64,000 nucleotides of DNA, from the NCBI GenBank assembly GCA_965218585.1, contig CBDCLE010000003.1:64001-128000 (forward strand). Reading direction: 5' to 3'. The DNA is from Terriglobia bacterium (GTDB taxonomy: Bacteria; Acidobacteriota; Terriglobia; 20CM-2-55-15). Shown here piece by piece: positions 18,358 to 29,868 of the stretch. Position 1 is the first letter of the stretch. Every line of letters starts with the position of its first letter. Both the position numbers and the translations under genes were made by a program. The notes beneath the pieces are model-generated. The model did no database searches. It saw only the letters and a program-made list of their open reading frames with translations, and was not told the origin of the DNA.

Positions 18358-18443
18358 AAAAGCGGGGACAGGGCACTCTTTTTGCACGTAACCCGACCAC
18401 CGTCTCCCGATATGGGCAAAAAGAGTGCCCTGTCCCCACTTTT
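18358..18443. repeat. 28-bp inverted repeat (REP-like), one mismatch, 30-nt spacer
   Basis: AAAAGCGGGGACAGGGCACTCTTTTTGC / GCAAAAAGAGTGCCCTGTCCCCACTTTT. Confidence 0.85.
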
Positions 18444-18830
18444 TCAGCTCGACTTCGTTATCGTGAAGTCGCCGTTCACGTTGTCGTGACTCCAACTCCC
18501 CTTGATCGTATCCCCGTCGAGAGTCCCTTCTATGGTGTAGTGGATCTCTCCGCGGAAGCTCTGGGCATCGGCTTCCATCTTCACCATTCCTGTCGCAGGG
18601 TCAAATGAAGCGTTGCTCAACTCGATCGCATTCGGTCCGGGGTTCACGACCCCCTTGAGAGAGCTTCCATCCCATGTCAGCTCGACGACAACGTCGTTAC
18701 GGTCATATTGGCTGGGACCCCAGTCTCCATACCAGGTTCCTGTAACGGGATCGGACTGTGCCAGGGAACCGGGAACCGCCAGTGAAACAACCAAAATAAA
18801 ACAGACCAGACTCAGAGCACTCGCTCTCAT
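18444..18830 (-). CDS. Secreted hypothetical beta-rich protein
   Basis: GGAGG RBS, signal peptide ending SLA, VTGTWYGDWGP. Confidence 0.8.
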   Translation of the reverse strand: MRASALSLVCFILVVSLAVPGSLAQSDPVTGTWYGDWGPSQYDRNDVVVELTWDGSSLKGVVNPGPNAIELSNASFDPATGMVKMEADAQSFRGEIHYTIEGTLDGDTIKGSWSHDNVNGDFTITKSS

Positions 18831-19115
18831 GAAACCTCCATACCAAAAAAACAAGAATCAGCGGCCCCTGATGACTTGAAGGCGGGGGCGACTGTTCAAA
18901 AATTGTAGCACTGTCAGTCAGGGAGCCGGGCAGAGTAGTGTACTCCAAGCTTTTGCCCTCGACGTCCTCAAGGACGTACCCAGCACACACACCCGCGATT
19001 TCTAGGTTCCGTACCTAGCGCGATTTGCAGCCTTAATACATTTGATCCGCTCACCCCGACGGGCCTAGAATAGTCACTCCTTTATCTTTGCATGGCTATA
19101 TTCGGAGGTTTGAGG

Positions 19116-20933
19116 ATGCTTCGGAAACTGAGATGGGTGGCCCCGATCCTTCTTGTCACTTCGATCGGAGTGGCCGCAGGTTTCGGCCAACAGGCTGGAC
19201 CCGCCACCTGGGAAGACGATCTCACTCCAATCGGCCCTGAGGAATGGAACTACGACCTCGCCGCTCACCTGCTGGAACGCGCCGGTTTCGGCGGTACACC
19301 GGCCCAGATCGAGGTGCTGGCCGGGATGACACCCGAACAGGCAATCCGACGACTCGTCTACTTCGAGGGCACCGACAACGGCCACTTACCTGAGTTTGAG
19401 CACTCCGGAACGCACGATCCCGGACTCGAACCTTTCCCTCCAAGTCGGCCGGCGACGACTGATCTGGCGAAGGAAACGGGTGAAGCGTTGGGAATCAAGG
19501 TTAAACCGGCCGGAAACCGGCGCCTTCAGCCCGTCGTCAACAAGTTCTTTTACTGGCTACGTGCGAGCGTATTGGAAACCAACCGTGTGGCTTACTGGTG
19601 GGCGAATCGAATGGTAGCCAGCAACCGGCCACTCCAGGAAAAGATGGCTCTGTTCTGGCATGGCCACTATGCCGTCAGCGAAGGCAAGGTACGCGACTAT
19701 AGGAAGCTACTGGGCCAACTCGAACTCTTCTACTCGCATGGAACAGGCAACTTCCGGGATCTGATGGTCGCCATGGCGCAAGACCCGGGAATGCTCTCCT
19801 TTCTGGACGCCGACGTCAACGTCCGGGGCGCTCCCAACGAAAACTTCGCCCGCGAGATCATGGAACTATTCACGATGGGCGTCGGGAACTACTCGGAAAG
19901 AGATATCCGTGAGGCAGCCCGAGCATTCACTGGCTGGAATTACGTAGACCTCGATTTCGTTGTCAACGACGACCGGCACGACGATGGCGAAAAGACCTTC
20001 CTCGGTCGAACGGGCGACTTCGACGGTGTCGAGATTATCGACATCATTATGGACCAGCCTGTCACCGCCACCTACATCGCCGGTAAGATTTATCGCTACT
20101 TTGTACGCGAGGAGCTTTCAGCCGAACTCCAGGAAGAGCTGGGTATGGTGTTACGAGGTGCCACCTACGAAGTTGCACCGCTCCTGGAAGCGATCTTCCT
20201 CTCTCGAGACTTCTACAGCGAACCTTCGGTGGGAACTCACATAAAGAGCCCCGTCCAACTGGCAGTGTCCACGTACCGAAAACTCGGCCTCCAGAACGCT
20301 CCGGGCGTTCCGGATTTCAACTCGGCCACCAGCGCACTGGGCCAGCGACTGTTTCAACCACCTACCGTCGCCGGTTGGGCCCAGGGCCGGAGTTGGGTGA
20401 CTCCAGGTCTGTTGCTCGAGCGTGGCAATTTCGCCCGTGACGTCCTTTTCCCGGACATCAACTTCGTCCCGCCGGACCGACGCAACGGCAACCCCGAGAT
20501 TCGGAGCGTTGCAGACAGGATTCGACAAGGAATGGACATAACGTCGGCAACGATGCCCAGCTCGGGAGAAATCATGGCAGAGTCGAACATGCTGGCCGAT
20601 CGCGACGAGGACTTCAACACGCGATACGGAAGCTTCCGCGGCTGGCAGATGGCGATTCAAAGGGTGATACCGATCCCGCGACACGCAGCCCAAGTCGACC
20701 TGTCCCGAATGGTTCTGGATGAGGACTTAGCGACCACGGCCGAGGTCGTCGATTATTTCGTTGACCGTTTCATGCGAGTGAGTCCCAGCGCCGAAGTGCG
20801 TGAGATGCTTGTGGATTTCCTCGACAACGAACTGGGTACGTCCGATATTTCTGTTGCCGAAACCTACCTGGAGGATCCACTACGGCTGGTTCTGCACCTG
20901 ATCATGAGCCAACCCGAGTACCAACTCGGTTGA
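19116..20933 (+). CDS. DUF1800 family protein
   Basis: AAHLLERAGFG, LQEKMALFWHGH, NENFAREIMELFTMG, PPTVAGW, PEYQL. Confidence 0.92.
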   Translation: MLRKLRWVAPILLVTSIGVAAGFGQQAGPATWEDDLTPIGPEEWNYDLAAHLLERAGFGGTPAQIEVLAGMTPEQAIRRLVYFEGTDNGHLPEFEHSGTHDPGLEPFPPSRPATTDLAKETGEALGIKVKPAGNRRLQPVVNKFFYWLRASVLETNRVAYWWANRMVASNRPLQEKMALFWHGHYAVSEGKVRDYRKLLGQLELFYSHGTGNFRDLMVAMAQDPGMLSFLDADVNVRGAPNENFAREIMELFTMGVGNYSERDIREAARAFTGWNYVDLDFVVNDDRHDDGEKTFLGRTGDFDGVEIIDIIMDQPVTATYIAGKIYRYFVREELSAELQEELGMVLRGATYEVAPLLEAIFLSRDFYSEPSVGTHIKSPVQLAVSTYRKLGLQNAPGVPDFNSATSALGQRLFQPPTVAGWAQGRSWVTPGLLLERGNFARDVLFPDINFVPPDRRNGNPEIRSVADRIRQGMDITSATMPSSGEIMAESNMLADRDEDFNTRYGSFRGWQMAIQRVIPIPRHAAQVDLSRMVLDEDLATTAEVVDYFVDRFMRVSPSAEVREMLVDFLDNELGTSDISVAETYLEDPLRLVLHLIMSQPEYQLG

Positions 20934-20943
20934 GGAATCACTT

Positions 20944-22191
20944 ATGAAAAAACACGATTCACGATTAAGCAATCTGACTCGAAGGGATCTGCTGCGTGCC
21001 GGCCTGTACGGTATCGGTGTGGGGGCGGCAACATCGATGGGAGCGCCGGCACTGTTTGGCCGCGCAGCTGAGGCAATCGCCTCTCAGGCTGCCGACGATG
21101 GCCCCATCCTCGTGGTCTTGGAGCTGAGCGGCGGAAACGACGGCCTCAATACGTTAATTCCTTATGGTGACGACGCTTACTACCGGCACCGGCCCGAGAT
21201 CGGCATCCCCGAAGCCGAAATCCGAAAGATCGACGACCACTTCGGCTTCAACCGCGGCATGGCCGGCTTTGAACGCCTGTACAAGGATGGCAAGATGGCC
21301 GTTGTTCACGGGTGCGGTTATGAAAACCCTTCGTTTTCACATTTCACCTCGATGGCCTACTGGCACACGGCGGCTCCCAATAGCGGCGCCGAGTATGGCT
21401 GGGTCGGCCACCTTGCAGATTCGATGGCGCCGAATGCGCCTTCGAATTTTCTGGTCAATATCGACTCCCGCCAGTCTCTGGCGGTTCGCAGCCGCGCACA
21501 CGTGCCGGTCGTATTTGACGCTCCCGATAGGTTTGCAAGGGAGAGCTTCTACCAGGAGCGTGAAGTTTTTGACCGTGTAGCGGACAACGGCGAGGTCAGC
21601 AACCCTTCGCGGGGATTCCTGCTCGACATCGCTCGAAGCGCACGAGACGCATCTGCCCTCGTTCAGGGAGCGTGGGAAAACTACGATTCGCCGGTAGATT
21701 ATGGGGTCACCGGACTCGACCTGCCCAAAGTCGTTGCGTTGATCGATGCGGGCATGCCGACCCGTCTCTACTACACGTCTTACCGAAACAATGCATTCGA
21801 TACACACGTGTTCCAGAACGACCTGCACCAGCGACTCTTGACCTACACTTCCGACGCCGTCTCCGCATTCATCCTGGATCTGGAAAGGATCGGCCGCGCG
21901 GATGATGTCACAGTGCTGATCTTCTCCGAGTTCGGCCGCCGAGTACCTGAAAACGTCAGCCTGGGAACCGATCACGGGGCAGCAAACCTCATGTTTGTCG
22001 TCGGCAACAACGTACAGGGGGGACACTACGGAGATCTGCCGAGTCTGACCGATCTGGACGAAGGCGACAACCTCGAGTACACGACCGACTTCCGCCGCGT
22101 ATATGCAACGATGATCGAAGGCTGGTTGGGACATCCAGATGCGGGAGAAATCCTGAAAGGCAACTTCGAATCGTTCGATATGTTTGTCTGA
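20944..22191 (+). CDS. DUF1501 family protein with Tat signal
   Basis: TRRDLL, LSGGNDGLNT, SHF, FDTH, FSEFGRR, GTDHG, DFRRVYAT. Confidence 0.93.
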   Translation: MKKHDSRLSNLTRRDLLRAGLYGIGVGAATSMGAPALFGRAAEAIASQAADDGPILVVLELSGGNDGLNTLIPYGDDAYYRHRPEIGIPEAEIRKIDDHFGFNRGMAGFERLYKDGKMAVVHGCGYENPSFSHFTSMAYWHTAAPNSGAEYGWVGHLADSMAPNAPSNFLVNIDSRQSLAVRSRAHVPVVFDAPDRFARESFYQEREVFDRVADNGEVSNPSRGFLLDIARSARDASALVQGAWENYDSPVDYGVTGLDLPKVVALIDAGMPTRLYYTSYRNNAFDTHVFQNDLHQRLLTYTSDAVSAFILDLERIGRADDVTVLIFSEFGRRVPENVSLGTDHGAANLMFVVGNNVQGGHYGDLPSLTDLDEGDNLEYTTDFRRVYATMIEGWLGHPDAGEILKGNFESFDMFV

Positions 22192-22321
22192 CGATTGATA
22201 CCGGAGGCACCGAGACACGACTCTCGAGTTCTGTGCACTCCGAACCCAACGTGCACAATCGCCACCGGCCAGCCGATATTCGCTGGGACAGCAGCCGTAG
22301 GCTTCGATAGGCCTGCCGACC

Positions 22322-22633
22322 TCAATCCGAAGTCCCGTCGAGGGTAACGACGGGTTCGTCGCCTATGACTTCGGCGCTGTGGACCGTACCGCTGGGAATC
22401 GTCAACGAATCGCCCGCTTCCAGAACGAAACTCTCACCCAACACGCTTATCCGAAAGCGCCCGGACAAGACGCCATCGATCTTATTGGTGTCGTGCGTGT
22501 GATCCGGGAAGTAAGTACCTGGCGGATAAACGTAGCGAGTTACGGAGTAGCCCTGATACTCGAACCTGCCACGCATAGATTCTTCAGTCAGGCGCCCGTC
22601 CTGATCGGCATCCCATTTCTCGATTCGTATCAT
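22322..22633 (-). CDS. Cupin domain protein
   Basis: YPPGTYFPDHTH...VLSG...GD.LTIPSGTVHSA. Confidence 0.88.
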   Translation of the reverse strand: MIRIEKWDADQDGRLTEESMRGRFEYQGYSVTRYVYPPGTYFPDHTHDTNKIDGVLSGRFRISVLGESFVLEAGDSLTIPSGTVHSAEVIGDEPVVTLDGTSD

Positions 22634-22642
22634 GAATTGGAA

Positions 22643-24754
22643 TCAGGGCCTGTACTCGAGCAGCTCTGATCGTTCGAGGTTGGCTTCGACTTCTTCGCGG
22701 GTCCGCCACGGTGCACGGAGCTCCTTCTCGGCCAGCAACTCCAGTTGATCGCCACGGTGGGGCGATCCAGGCTGGGACGCATTGCCGTAACTCAAAAGAA
22801 CCTCAGCACGAACGGGATCCGAGAACTCAACGGCTGCAACAAACGTGTCTCCGTGGATCGTGCGGAATCGATCGCCGTCTGGTTCGAACGACATGACCCG
22901 AAACGCACCCAGCGCGCCCGGACCGCCGTTTGCGGCCAAGTCATAACCTTCAATCCGGAACCGGTACACGTCACCCCACGGAACGTCCAAGGCACTGTGT
23001 GTCTCTTCGATGCGCCCAGCTGCGACCTCCAATGCGGTAACAGCGCCCTGTGGGTCCGCCAGACCATCGGGCGTCGTGCGAGGATTCTCCTCGTCCCAGG
23101 GCGTGCCAAAGACGTCCGGACCCACTCCCAACTCCCGAGCCCAGGCTTCGAACAACACCGTTCCCTGGCTGTCAGCATCGGCCTCACGGTTCCAGGCATC
23201 CAGGACATCGGCCGCTCTTGCCGCCAAACCGCCGCGGCGCCGCGCGACAGGAATCAGATCGTCCAGGATTCGGTCGGCCAGTTCCATGCGCGTGGAATGT
23301 TTGTATTCGACCATTTCCTCGAAAGTGATCGAATCGTCTTCGTCGAGCATTCGAACTGAACGCTGGGGGCGAAAGCCCATCTCTTCGGGTGCCAGGTAAT
23401 CGGGGTAGTTGTAGGCTTCGAGCTCCTTCGGAAACGTAGCGCTCCAGGGCGGATCGTTGGCATTCTGGACCCAACCGCTCTCGGGATCCACGATGCGCGG
23501 CAATTCGAAATATCCATGAGCCCGGTCCCAGAGCGTTGCAGGATGGTTGCCGGGAATAGTTGCTTGCCAGAAAGTCCAGTCCCCGGCTCCACGAATCGGG
23601 TTGCGCCCTCCGAACACATACATGATCCGTCCGTCGCGATCTGCGTAAATCACGTTGAAAAAGGGATTCTGCAGACGCCGCAACGCGGCTTCAAAAGTCT
23701 CGAGATCGGTCGCCCGCATCATGTCCCAGTACTGTTCGACAAAATGGGGTTCATCGAGACCAGCGAGCCGCGCAACCAATACGCTGGCAGCGTTTTCGGC
23801 GATGACCGGACCGTGATCCGTACTTCGGATAACCAGTTCCCGCTCCTCCAACGAACCGTCCGAACGCCTCACGAAATAACTTTCGGTTTCTGATTCGAAC
23901 TCCCTTTCGTAGTCGGGACCGAAATCGACGGGTGGCCAGGCATACCCTTCTCCCATTCGAAAGATTTCATACAGGTCCGCACCATCCATCGTGTTGACCG
24001 TATGTGTCCAACCCAGATTGTCGTTGAACGCGATAGCGAGAGTCGGAAAACCGACCAACGTTGCTCCGTACGCGTTCAAATCGGGAGCTACGAGATGAGC
24101 CTCAAACCACGTGTAAAATCCCGACCACGGCAGGTGCGGATTCGCCAGCAACATCGCGTTTCCACTCTCGGACCGGGATGGCCCGATGGCCCAACCGTTT
24201 GAACCTGGGACAGCTCCATCTGCAGCCGGACGCAAAGATTCACCCAGGAACTCCAGATGAATCACCCGTTGAATATGAGCGAGGACATCCGACGCTCTCA
24301 CCGGCAGGACAACCTCAACACGATCATCGATGTTTTCCCGGTTCGACTCGGCGTAGTCGTTGAGCCCGGCAGCGAACGCTTCCAGGTAGGCCCGTATGGC
24401 GGGGTTCTGGAACTCAAGCCACTCCTCGGCCCGCGCTGGCACACCCATACGCCGTATATAGACATCAGAGTCGACGTATTCCTCTCCCCAGTACTCGGCC
24501 GCCCGGCCTCGGGCCTCACCATAGAGTTGAAGAATCAGGTCCCCGTGGCTCTCCGCCTGCGCAGAACCGAACGAATGGAAGAGTCCTTCCCAACTGTCGG
24601 CATACACATGCGGCACGCCCCATGTGTCCCAGAGGATTTCGGTCTGGATAGGGGGCTCGGAAGAGCAGGAACCGATCACCATCAATAGAGGAAGCAACAC
24701 GACAAGTGGCTTGGGCGAACGAAATTGGAAGTTATTGATACTCATTGTCTCCAT
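22643..24754 (-). CDS. Penicillin acylase/AHL acylase family Ntn-hydrolase (lipoprotein)
   Basis: WDTWGVPHV, GSNGWAIGP (Ser nucleophile), LLANPHLPW, QNAND. Confidence 0.93.
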   Translation of the reverse strand: METMSINNFQFRSPKPLVVLLPLLMVIGSCSSEPPIQTEILWDTWGVPHVYADSWEGLFHSFGSAQAESHGDLILQLYGEARGRAAEYWGEEYVDSDVYIRRMGVPARAEEWLEFQNPAIRAYLEAFAAGLNDYAESNRENIDDRVEVVLPVRASDVLAHIQRVIHLEFLGESLRPAADGAVPGSNGWAIGPSRSESGNAMLLANPHLPWSGFYTWFEAHLVAPDLNAYGATLVGFPTLAIAFNDNLGWTHTVNTMDGADLYEIFRMGEGYAWPPVDFGPDYEREFESETESYFVRRSDGSLEERELVIRSTDHGPVIAENAASVLVARLAGLDEPHFVEQYWDMMRATDLETFEAALRRLQNPFFNVIYADRDGRIMYVFGGRNPIRGAGDWTFWQATIPGNHPATLWDRAHGYFELPRIVDPESGWVQNANDPPWSATFPKELEAYNYPDYLAPEEMGFRPQRSVRMLDEDDSITFEEMVEYKHSTRMELADRILDDLIPVARRRGGLAARAADVLDAWNREADADSQGTVLFEAWARELGVGPDVFGTPWDEENPRTTPDGLADPQGAVTALEVAAGRIEETHSALDVPWGDVYRFRIEGYDLAANGGPGALGAFRVMSFEPDGDRFRTIHGDTFVAAVEFSDPVRAEVLLSYGNASQPGSPHRGDQLELLAEKELRAPWRTREEVEANLERSELLEYRP

Positions 24755-24783
24755 TTTGTCAGATGAAGTCTCCTTACGACGAC

Positions 24784-26172
24784 TCAGTTGTACGAAGCCG
24801 CAATCGCTTCAAGGCGTTCCTGAATACTCGATTCCGGCAACCATTCTCCGCGAACCATGACCCCAGCCCGGTCCCGAATGTTTGCGATATCCTCCAAAGG
24901 ATCCGCGTTGACCAGAAGCAAATCGGCCCGGTTGCCCACTTCGATGGTTCCAAAGTCGTCCTGGTTGCTAAAGTAGCGACCGACGTTGGCCGTTCCCGAT
25001 CGAAGAATTTCGTAAGGTGACATACCCGCCTCAGACATTACTGCCAGCTCCCGGTGTATCGAGAAACCGGGAACACTGAACTGCTGCGGCGCATCGGTCC
25101 CCATCAAAACCGGAACACCCCCATCCTGCAATGCGGCGAGCACTCGCATGCGGTTATCAATCAGCTGCCTGGCGGCCTCGGGATCGAAATCGGGGGCTGA
25201 AACTCTTGATTGATAGCTAGCCCTCCACCCTTCGACGTCTCCAGGGGGCATGTAACGCAACTCTTCATATCGTGTCAGTGCGTCCAACTCGCGGGTCCCG
25301 ACTAGAGCTTCCCAGAGCGCCATCGTGGGTACGACCCACGCTCCGGCGTTTCGAGTCCTCTCGACAATATCTACCAGCTGGGACTCTTCGATCGGATCCG
25401 CAGTAGCGTCCAGATGTTCGAGGTAACCATCGAGATGATCGAAGGTCTCCTGTCCCATATCGAGCGCGTGGGGAAGTCCGACTTCAGCGGGCACATGACC
25501 GCCGAAGCGCATACCCAATTCGTTGGCTGTCTCAGCCATCGCGTCGTATTCGGATCGGGTCAAACCCGGATGAACCTTCAACAGATCCCAGCCTTCTCCG
25601 GCCTGGCTGCGAACTCGGGCAACGGCTTCCTCCGGTGAATCGATAGAACCTCCGCTAAAGCTGGGGCCGGCCAGGTACAGGTTGGGCCCGATGAGATCTC
25701 CCCGCCGAACTCTTTCGCGCAATTCGAGTTGCCCGGGGGCACCGAGCATGCCCCGCACGGTCGTGATCCCATTCGCGACATACATGAACAGAACGGCTTC
25801 GACGAATTCTTCCGGATCGCTTGGTGGTGGGATGTGCCCGTGCATCTCGGCCAGCCCCGGCAGGAGATACCTTCCGTTCCCATCCACCAGTACGGCAGGG
25901 TCTGGAACGTTTGCGTCCACAGCGTCCGTGATCTGGGCAACAATCCCGTCCTGAACGATAACCGTCTGATCTTCGAGAACGCGTTCCGAGTCCATGGGAA
26001 TTACGGTGACGCCGACGAACGCTACCGGCAATGACTCCCCTCCTGGGAATTCCGGAACGTCGATTTCGGTCGTTGTCTGAGTCGCCTGTGAATTGCAGCC
26101 CACAGCGACGAGCAGGAACAAGAAACACGAAAACGTCTGTCTGAATAACCTTAGGGACATTCTTAGACCCAT
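24784..26172 (-). CDS. Amidohydrolase-family lipoprotein
   Basis: PGLAEMHGH, GITTVRGM, GTDAP, G.RADLLL; GGAGG before ATG 26172. Confidence 0.9.
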   Translation of the reverse strand: MGLRMSLRLFRQTFSCFLFLLVAVGCNSQATQTTTEIDVPEFPGGESLPVAFVGVTVIPMDSERVLEDQTVIVQDGIVAQITDAVDANVPDPAVLVDGNGRYLLPGLAEMHGHIPPPSDPEEFVEAVLFMYVANGITTVRGMLGAPGQLELRERVRRGDLIGPNLYLAGPSFSGGSIDSPEEAVARVRSQAGEGWDLLKVHPGLTRSEYDAMAETANELGMRFGGHVPAEVGLPHALDMGQETFDHLDGYLEHLDATADPIEESQLVDIVERTRNAGAWVVPTMALWEALVGTRELDALTRYEELRYMPPGDVEGWRASYQSRVSAPDFDPEAARQLIDNRMRVLAALQDGGVPVLMGTDAPQQFSVPGFSIHRELAVMSEAGMSPYEILRSGTANVGRYFSNQDDFGTIEVGNRADLLLVNADPLEDIANIRDRAGVMVRGEWLPESSIQERLEAIAASYN

Positions 26173-26216
26173 GTGCCACCTCCAATTTCGGTCCCCATAT
26201 ATTACAACCGGATGCC

Positions 26217-27095
26217 TCACCGCTCACGCTTCATCCGAGTGAGCCGACAGGTCCAGCGGACAAACGATCGCGAAGCGAGGGGAAAGAGCGATCCCATCGC
26301 CAGATGATAGACAGCAAACAACTCCAACGAGAACGGGACGTAGCCACCATATCCGAGAATTGGCATCTCGAAAACGTGAAGAAAATCTACGAAGGGGATT
26401 CTGTATGTCCATTTCGGATAGGACAGGTAGTTCCACATCTCCCAAAAGAAACCGCACACCAGACATCCGAGACCCAGCGCCACGACGGGCCGCCAATTCC
26501 CTGCCGCGATCGCCCGAAACAGGGACCGGTGTCCCAAAGCATCGTTGATCGGATCGACAATAAAGAACAAGGATAACCAGACCAGGGGAAAGAAGTAACG
26601 AGGCCATGCGAGCACGAGGGCCAGCATCGCGACTCCGCCCACGACCAGTCCGGCCCGCATCCCGCTTCGCATTCCGATTCGACCAGCTCTGGGAAGGGCC
26701 TGAGCGATCTTGAACGTGCTGAACCACTCTGCTGTGCCGAAGACAGCCGGGATGACGGTCGAAAAACAGAGAGAAGCCCAAAAGAAGTATTCGAGATCGC
26801 TGAAGGCGGCGCGTCCTTCATAGATCCAGTTGCCGGTCCGCGAGTTGATGGCTTCGAACAGCCACCAGGTTGGGGCCGAGACCAGAAACAAACCGGCGTA
26901 GTGACCATGACTGCGGGTCCAGAGCGAAGTTCCGCTTCGCCTGCAGGTCCAGGCATCAACGGTCAAGCAATAACCCAACCACAACGGAAAGAACCCCCAG
27001 TGAGTTCTCAATCCGTCGAGCGACTAGTTCAGTGTCCAAAAAACGGCGACCAGAACCAGGCCGATTGTCCCCCGCAGAGGCCAGCTATTGATCAT
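26217..27095 (-). pseudogene. Membrane protein with in-frame TAG (27024-27026)
   Basis: MINSWPLRGTIGLVLVAVFWTLN*SLDGLRTHWGFFPLW continues in frame; GFFWEMWNY and FEMPILGY motifs. Confidence 0.75.
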
Positions 27096-27455
27096 CTTGG
27101 TGAATAGTACTCCCGGTCAGAGACCTTAGAAGCTCGTTCCTGTTCCACCGATCACGAACCGAGAGCGAGGTTCACTGCCATGGGACAGAAAATAGCTTGC
27201 TCACACCTGTCGGCCAATGACGTCCAATTGCTGATTGTGCCTGTGGGTTTGGTAACTTTTACCATCTTCCGGACGTATTTAAGTAGTTTAGGGCTAGTTG
27301 TTTGAGGCCCCGCTTCGCTGAGGTGACAAGGCAGACATAAAGCGTTGATTTCGAAAGCGTAAGAGTCAAACGTGGCCGTCCCAAATCCCTCAGTTCGATA
27401 TAATTGTAAGTTTGCTATCGCCCTACATAACGAAACAGGACCTGCTGACCTCGAT

Positions 27456-29754
27456 ATGAAAAGAATCCGACCGATCGCTCTTCTTCTACTACCCGTAATT
27501 CTCGTATTTCTTGGACAAACCGTGCCACAGGCCGCAGCGCAGGAAGGTCTCGCAGGCTTTGAAGACCGCCGTGTCATGGCTGCAGCCCGACTCGGGCCCG
27601 GAGAAAGCATCGACCTAGACGGCCGACTAGACGAAGTTGCATGGGGACGGGCTGAACCGGCGACCGACTTCATCCAGATCGACCCGGACAACGGAGCAGC
27701 GGCGACCGAACCCACAGAGGTGTACATCCTGTTCAGCGAAAACAGCATGTACATGGGAGTCGTCCTCTACGACTCCGAACCGGACCAGCTCAGAGGCAAC
27801 ACCATGCAGCGCGACGCAGGCCTGGGAGCCGACGACCGTTTTATGTGGGTATTCGACACGTATCTGGACGAACGGACCGGATATTACTTCGAAATGAACC
27901 CATCGGGAGCCATGGGGGACCAGTTGGTCAGCGGTGGCGGCGGTGGATTCGGCGGTGGCGGTGGCGGATTCAGAGGCGGCGGTGGATTCGGCGGTGGCGG
28001 CCGTGCCTGGGACGCCATCTGGGACGCCCAGGTCCGCCGGAGCGAAATCGGATGGGTCCTCGAAATCGAAATGCCGTTCCGCACGCTGAACTTCGACCCG
28101 AACGGGCAAGCCTGGGGCATCAATTTCCAGCGGACAGTACGCCGAAAGAATGAGGAGACCATCTGGAACGGCTACCAACGTAATAGTGGGGGCCTCAGGA
28201 GGATGTCCAATGCCGGCCTGATCGTCGGTATGTCGGAGATCAGCCAGGGGGTCGGCCTGGATGTCATTCCGTACACAACCGGTCGTGCCAAGTCATTTCG
28301 TCCTCCCGGGTCACCCCCCGGAAGCGACCTCCACACGAATTATACGGGAGACCCCGGCGTCGATTTTGTCTATAACGTGACGCCGAGCCTCAGAGCCAAC
28401 TTCACCGTAAACACGGACTTTGCGGAAACCGAAGTGGATGACCGGCAGGTCAATTTGACCCGATTCTCTCTTCGTTTCCCTGAAAAACGGGATTTCTTCC
28501 TCGAAGGCAGCAACTTTTTCTCCCTCTCCGGTTTCGGTGACGCATTCTTCAGCCGCCGGATCGGCCTGACGGAAGGTTTACCTCAACGGATCGACTACGG
28601 CGTCAAGCTGACCGGGCAGGCCGGAGCGCAGGACATCGGTGTCCTGCAGGTGCGTACAGGGGAAGACGGGGGCCGTCCTGGGGAGGACTTTACGGTTTTC
28701 AGGGGCGCGCGCCGCTTCTTGAGCGAATCTCACGTTGGCATGCTCTACACGCGGCGGAGCGCGCGCGCGGGCCAGGTAGCGGACCCGACGGCAATCGGGC
28801 CTGCACTTCAAACGCTAGGATTCGATCTTAGTTTGAGAACGCAGCGCTTCATGGGCGACAAGAACCTCTCCTTTACCGGACACTACGTCACGACAACGAA
28901 TCCGGACGATACAGGGGATAATGCGCGTTACGGGGGCTCGTTCGGTTACTTCAACGATCTCTGGTCGGGAATCCTCGGCATGACGGAAACTCAGGCAAAC
29001 TTCGATCCCGCTGTCGGTTTCGTCAACCGGCGCGGTATCAAAGAATACAATACGTTCGTTCGGTTCTCACCGCGGCCGCGAAACCACCCCTTGATCCGCC
29101 AGTTCCAGTGGAGCGCCAGCTTCAACCAGACGGACGACAGCCGAAACGTCATGTTGTCCCAAAGACTCAGCTTCGGCCTGTTCCAGATGAACACCCATGC
29201 CGGAGACCACTTTGGTTTCAGCATCAGTCGCGAGTTTGAAAGGCTCCAGAGAGATTTCAGGATGGGCCCGAACCGTTCCGTTGTCCTGGAGGCCGGAAAC
29301 CAGTACCGCTACAACAGATATAACGTCAACTGGAACATGAGCAACCAGAGGCCTGTGTCTCTTGGCGGACAGTTCCGATGGGGGCGACTACTTCAGTGGC
29401 ACTCGCCGCGACTTCGAGCCACGTCTCTCTATCCGTCCCCGCAACGGACTGAGCATCAGACTGGAAAACGAATGGACGCGTATCGAACTGCCCGAGGGCA
29501 GCTTCTCCGTCAGCATTTTCGCGGCCGACGTGAGTGTTCAACTCAGCCCATGGATCTCGCTCGCCAGCAATGTTCAGTACGACAACGACAGTCGGAACCT
29601 GGGCTGGCAGGCCCGGTTCCGCTGGATTCTGAACCCCGGCAACGACCTCTTTCTGGTGTACAACCACAACTGGCTGAGCGATCCTGCAGGCGGCGGTTTT
29701 AGTACTGTAGACCGTCAACTGGCTTCCAAGCTGGTTTACACCCATCGCTTCTAA
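27456..29754 (+). pseudogene. CBM9-like/DUF5916 outer-membrane-associated protein with +1 frameshift in G5 run (29380-29384)
   Basis: IDLDGRLDE.AW, NTDFAETEVD.RQVNLTRF..FPEKRDFFLEG; correcting gives FRWGDYFSGTRR... ending KLVYTHRF. Confidence 0.85.
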
Positions 29755-29868
29755 AATTCCTTAAGTCAGAACATAACCTGGTCTTCCAGTGTGGGTCGAA
29801 GTCCGTTCCAGGATAGACTCTGTAGTTGGACGCTCAATGGACACGCATTCCGTTGGTGAGGCCAAGTC

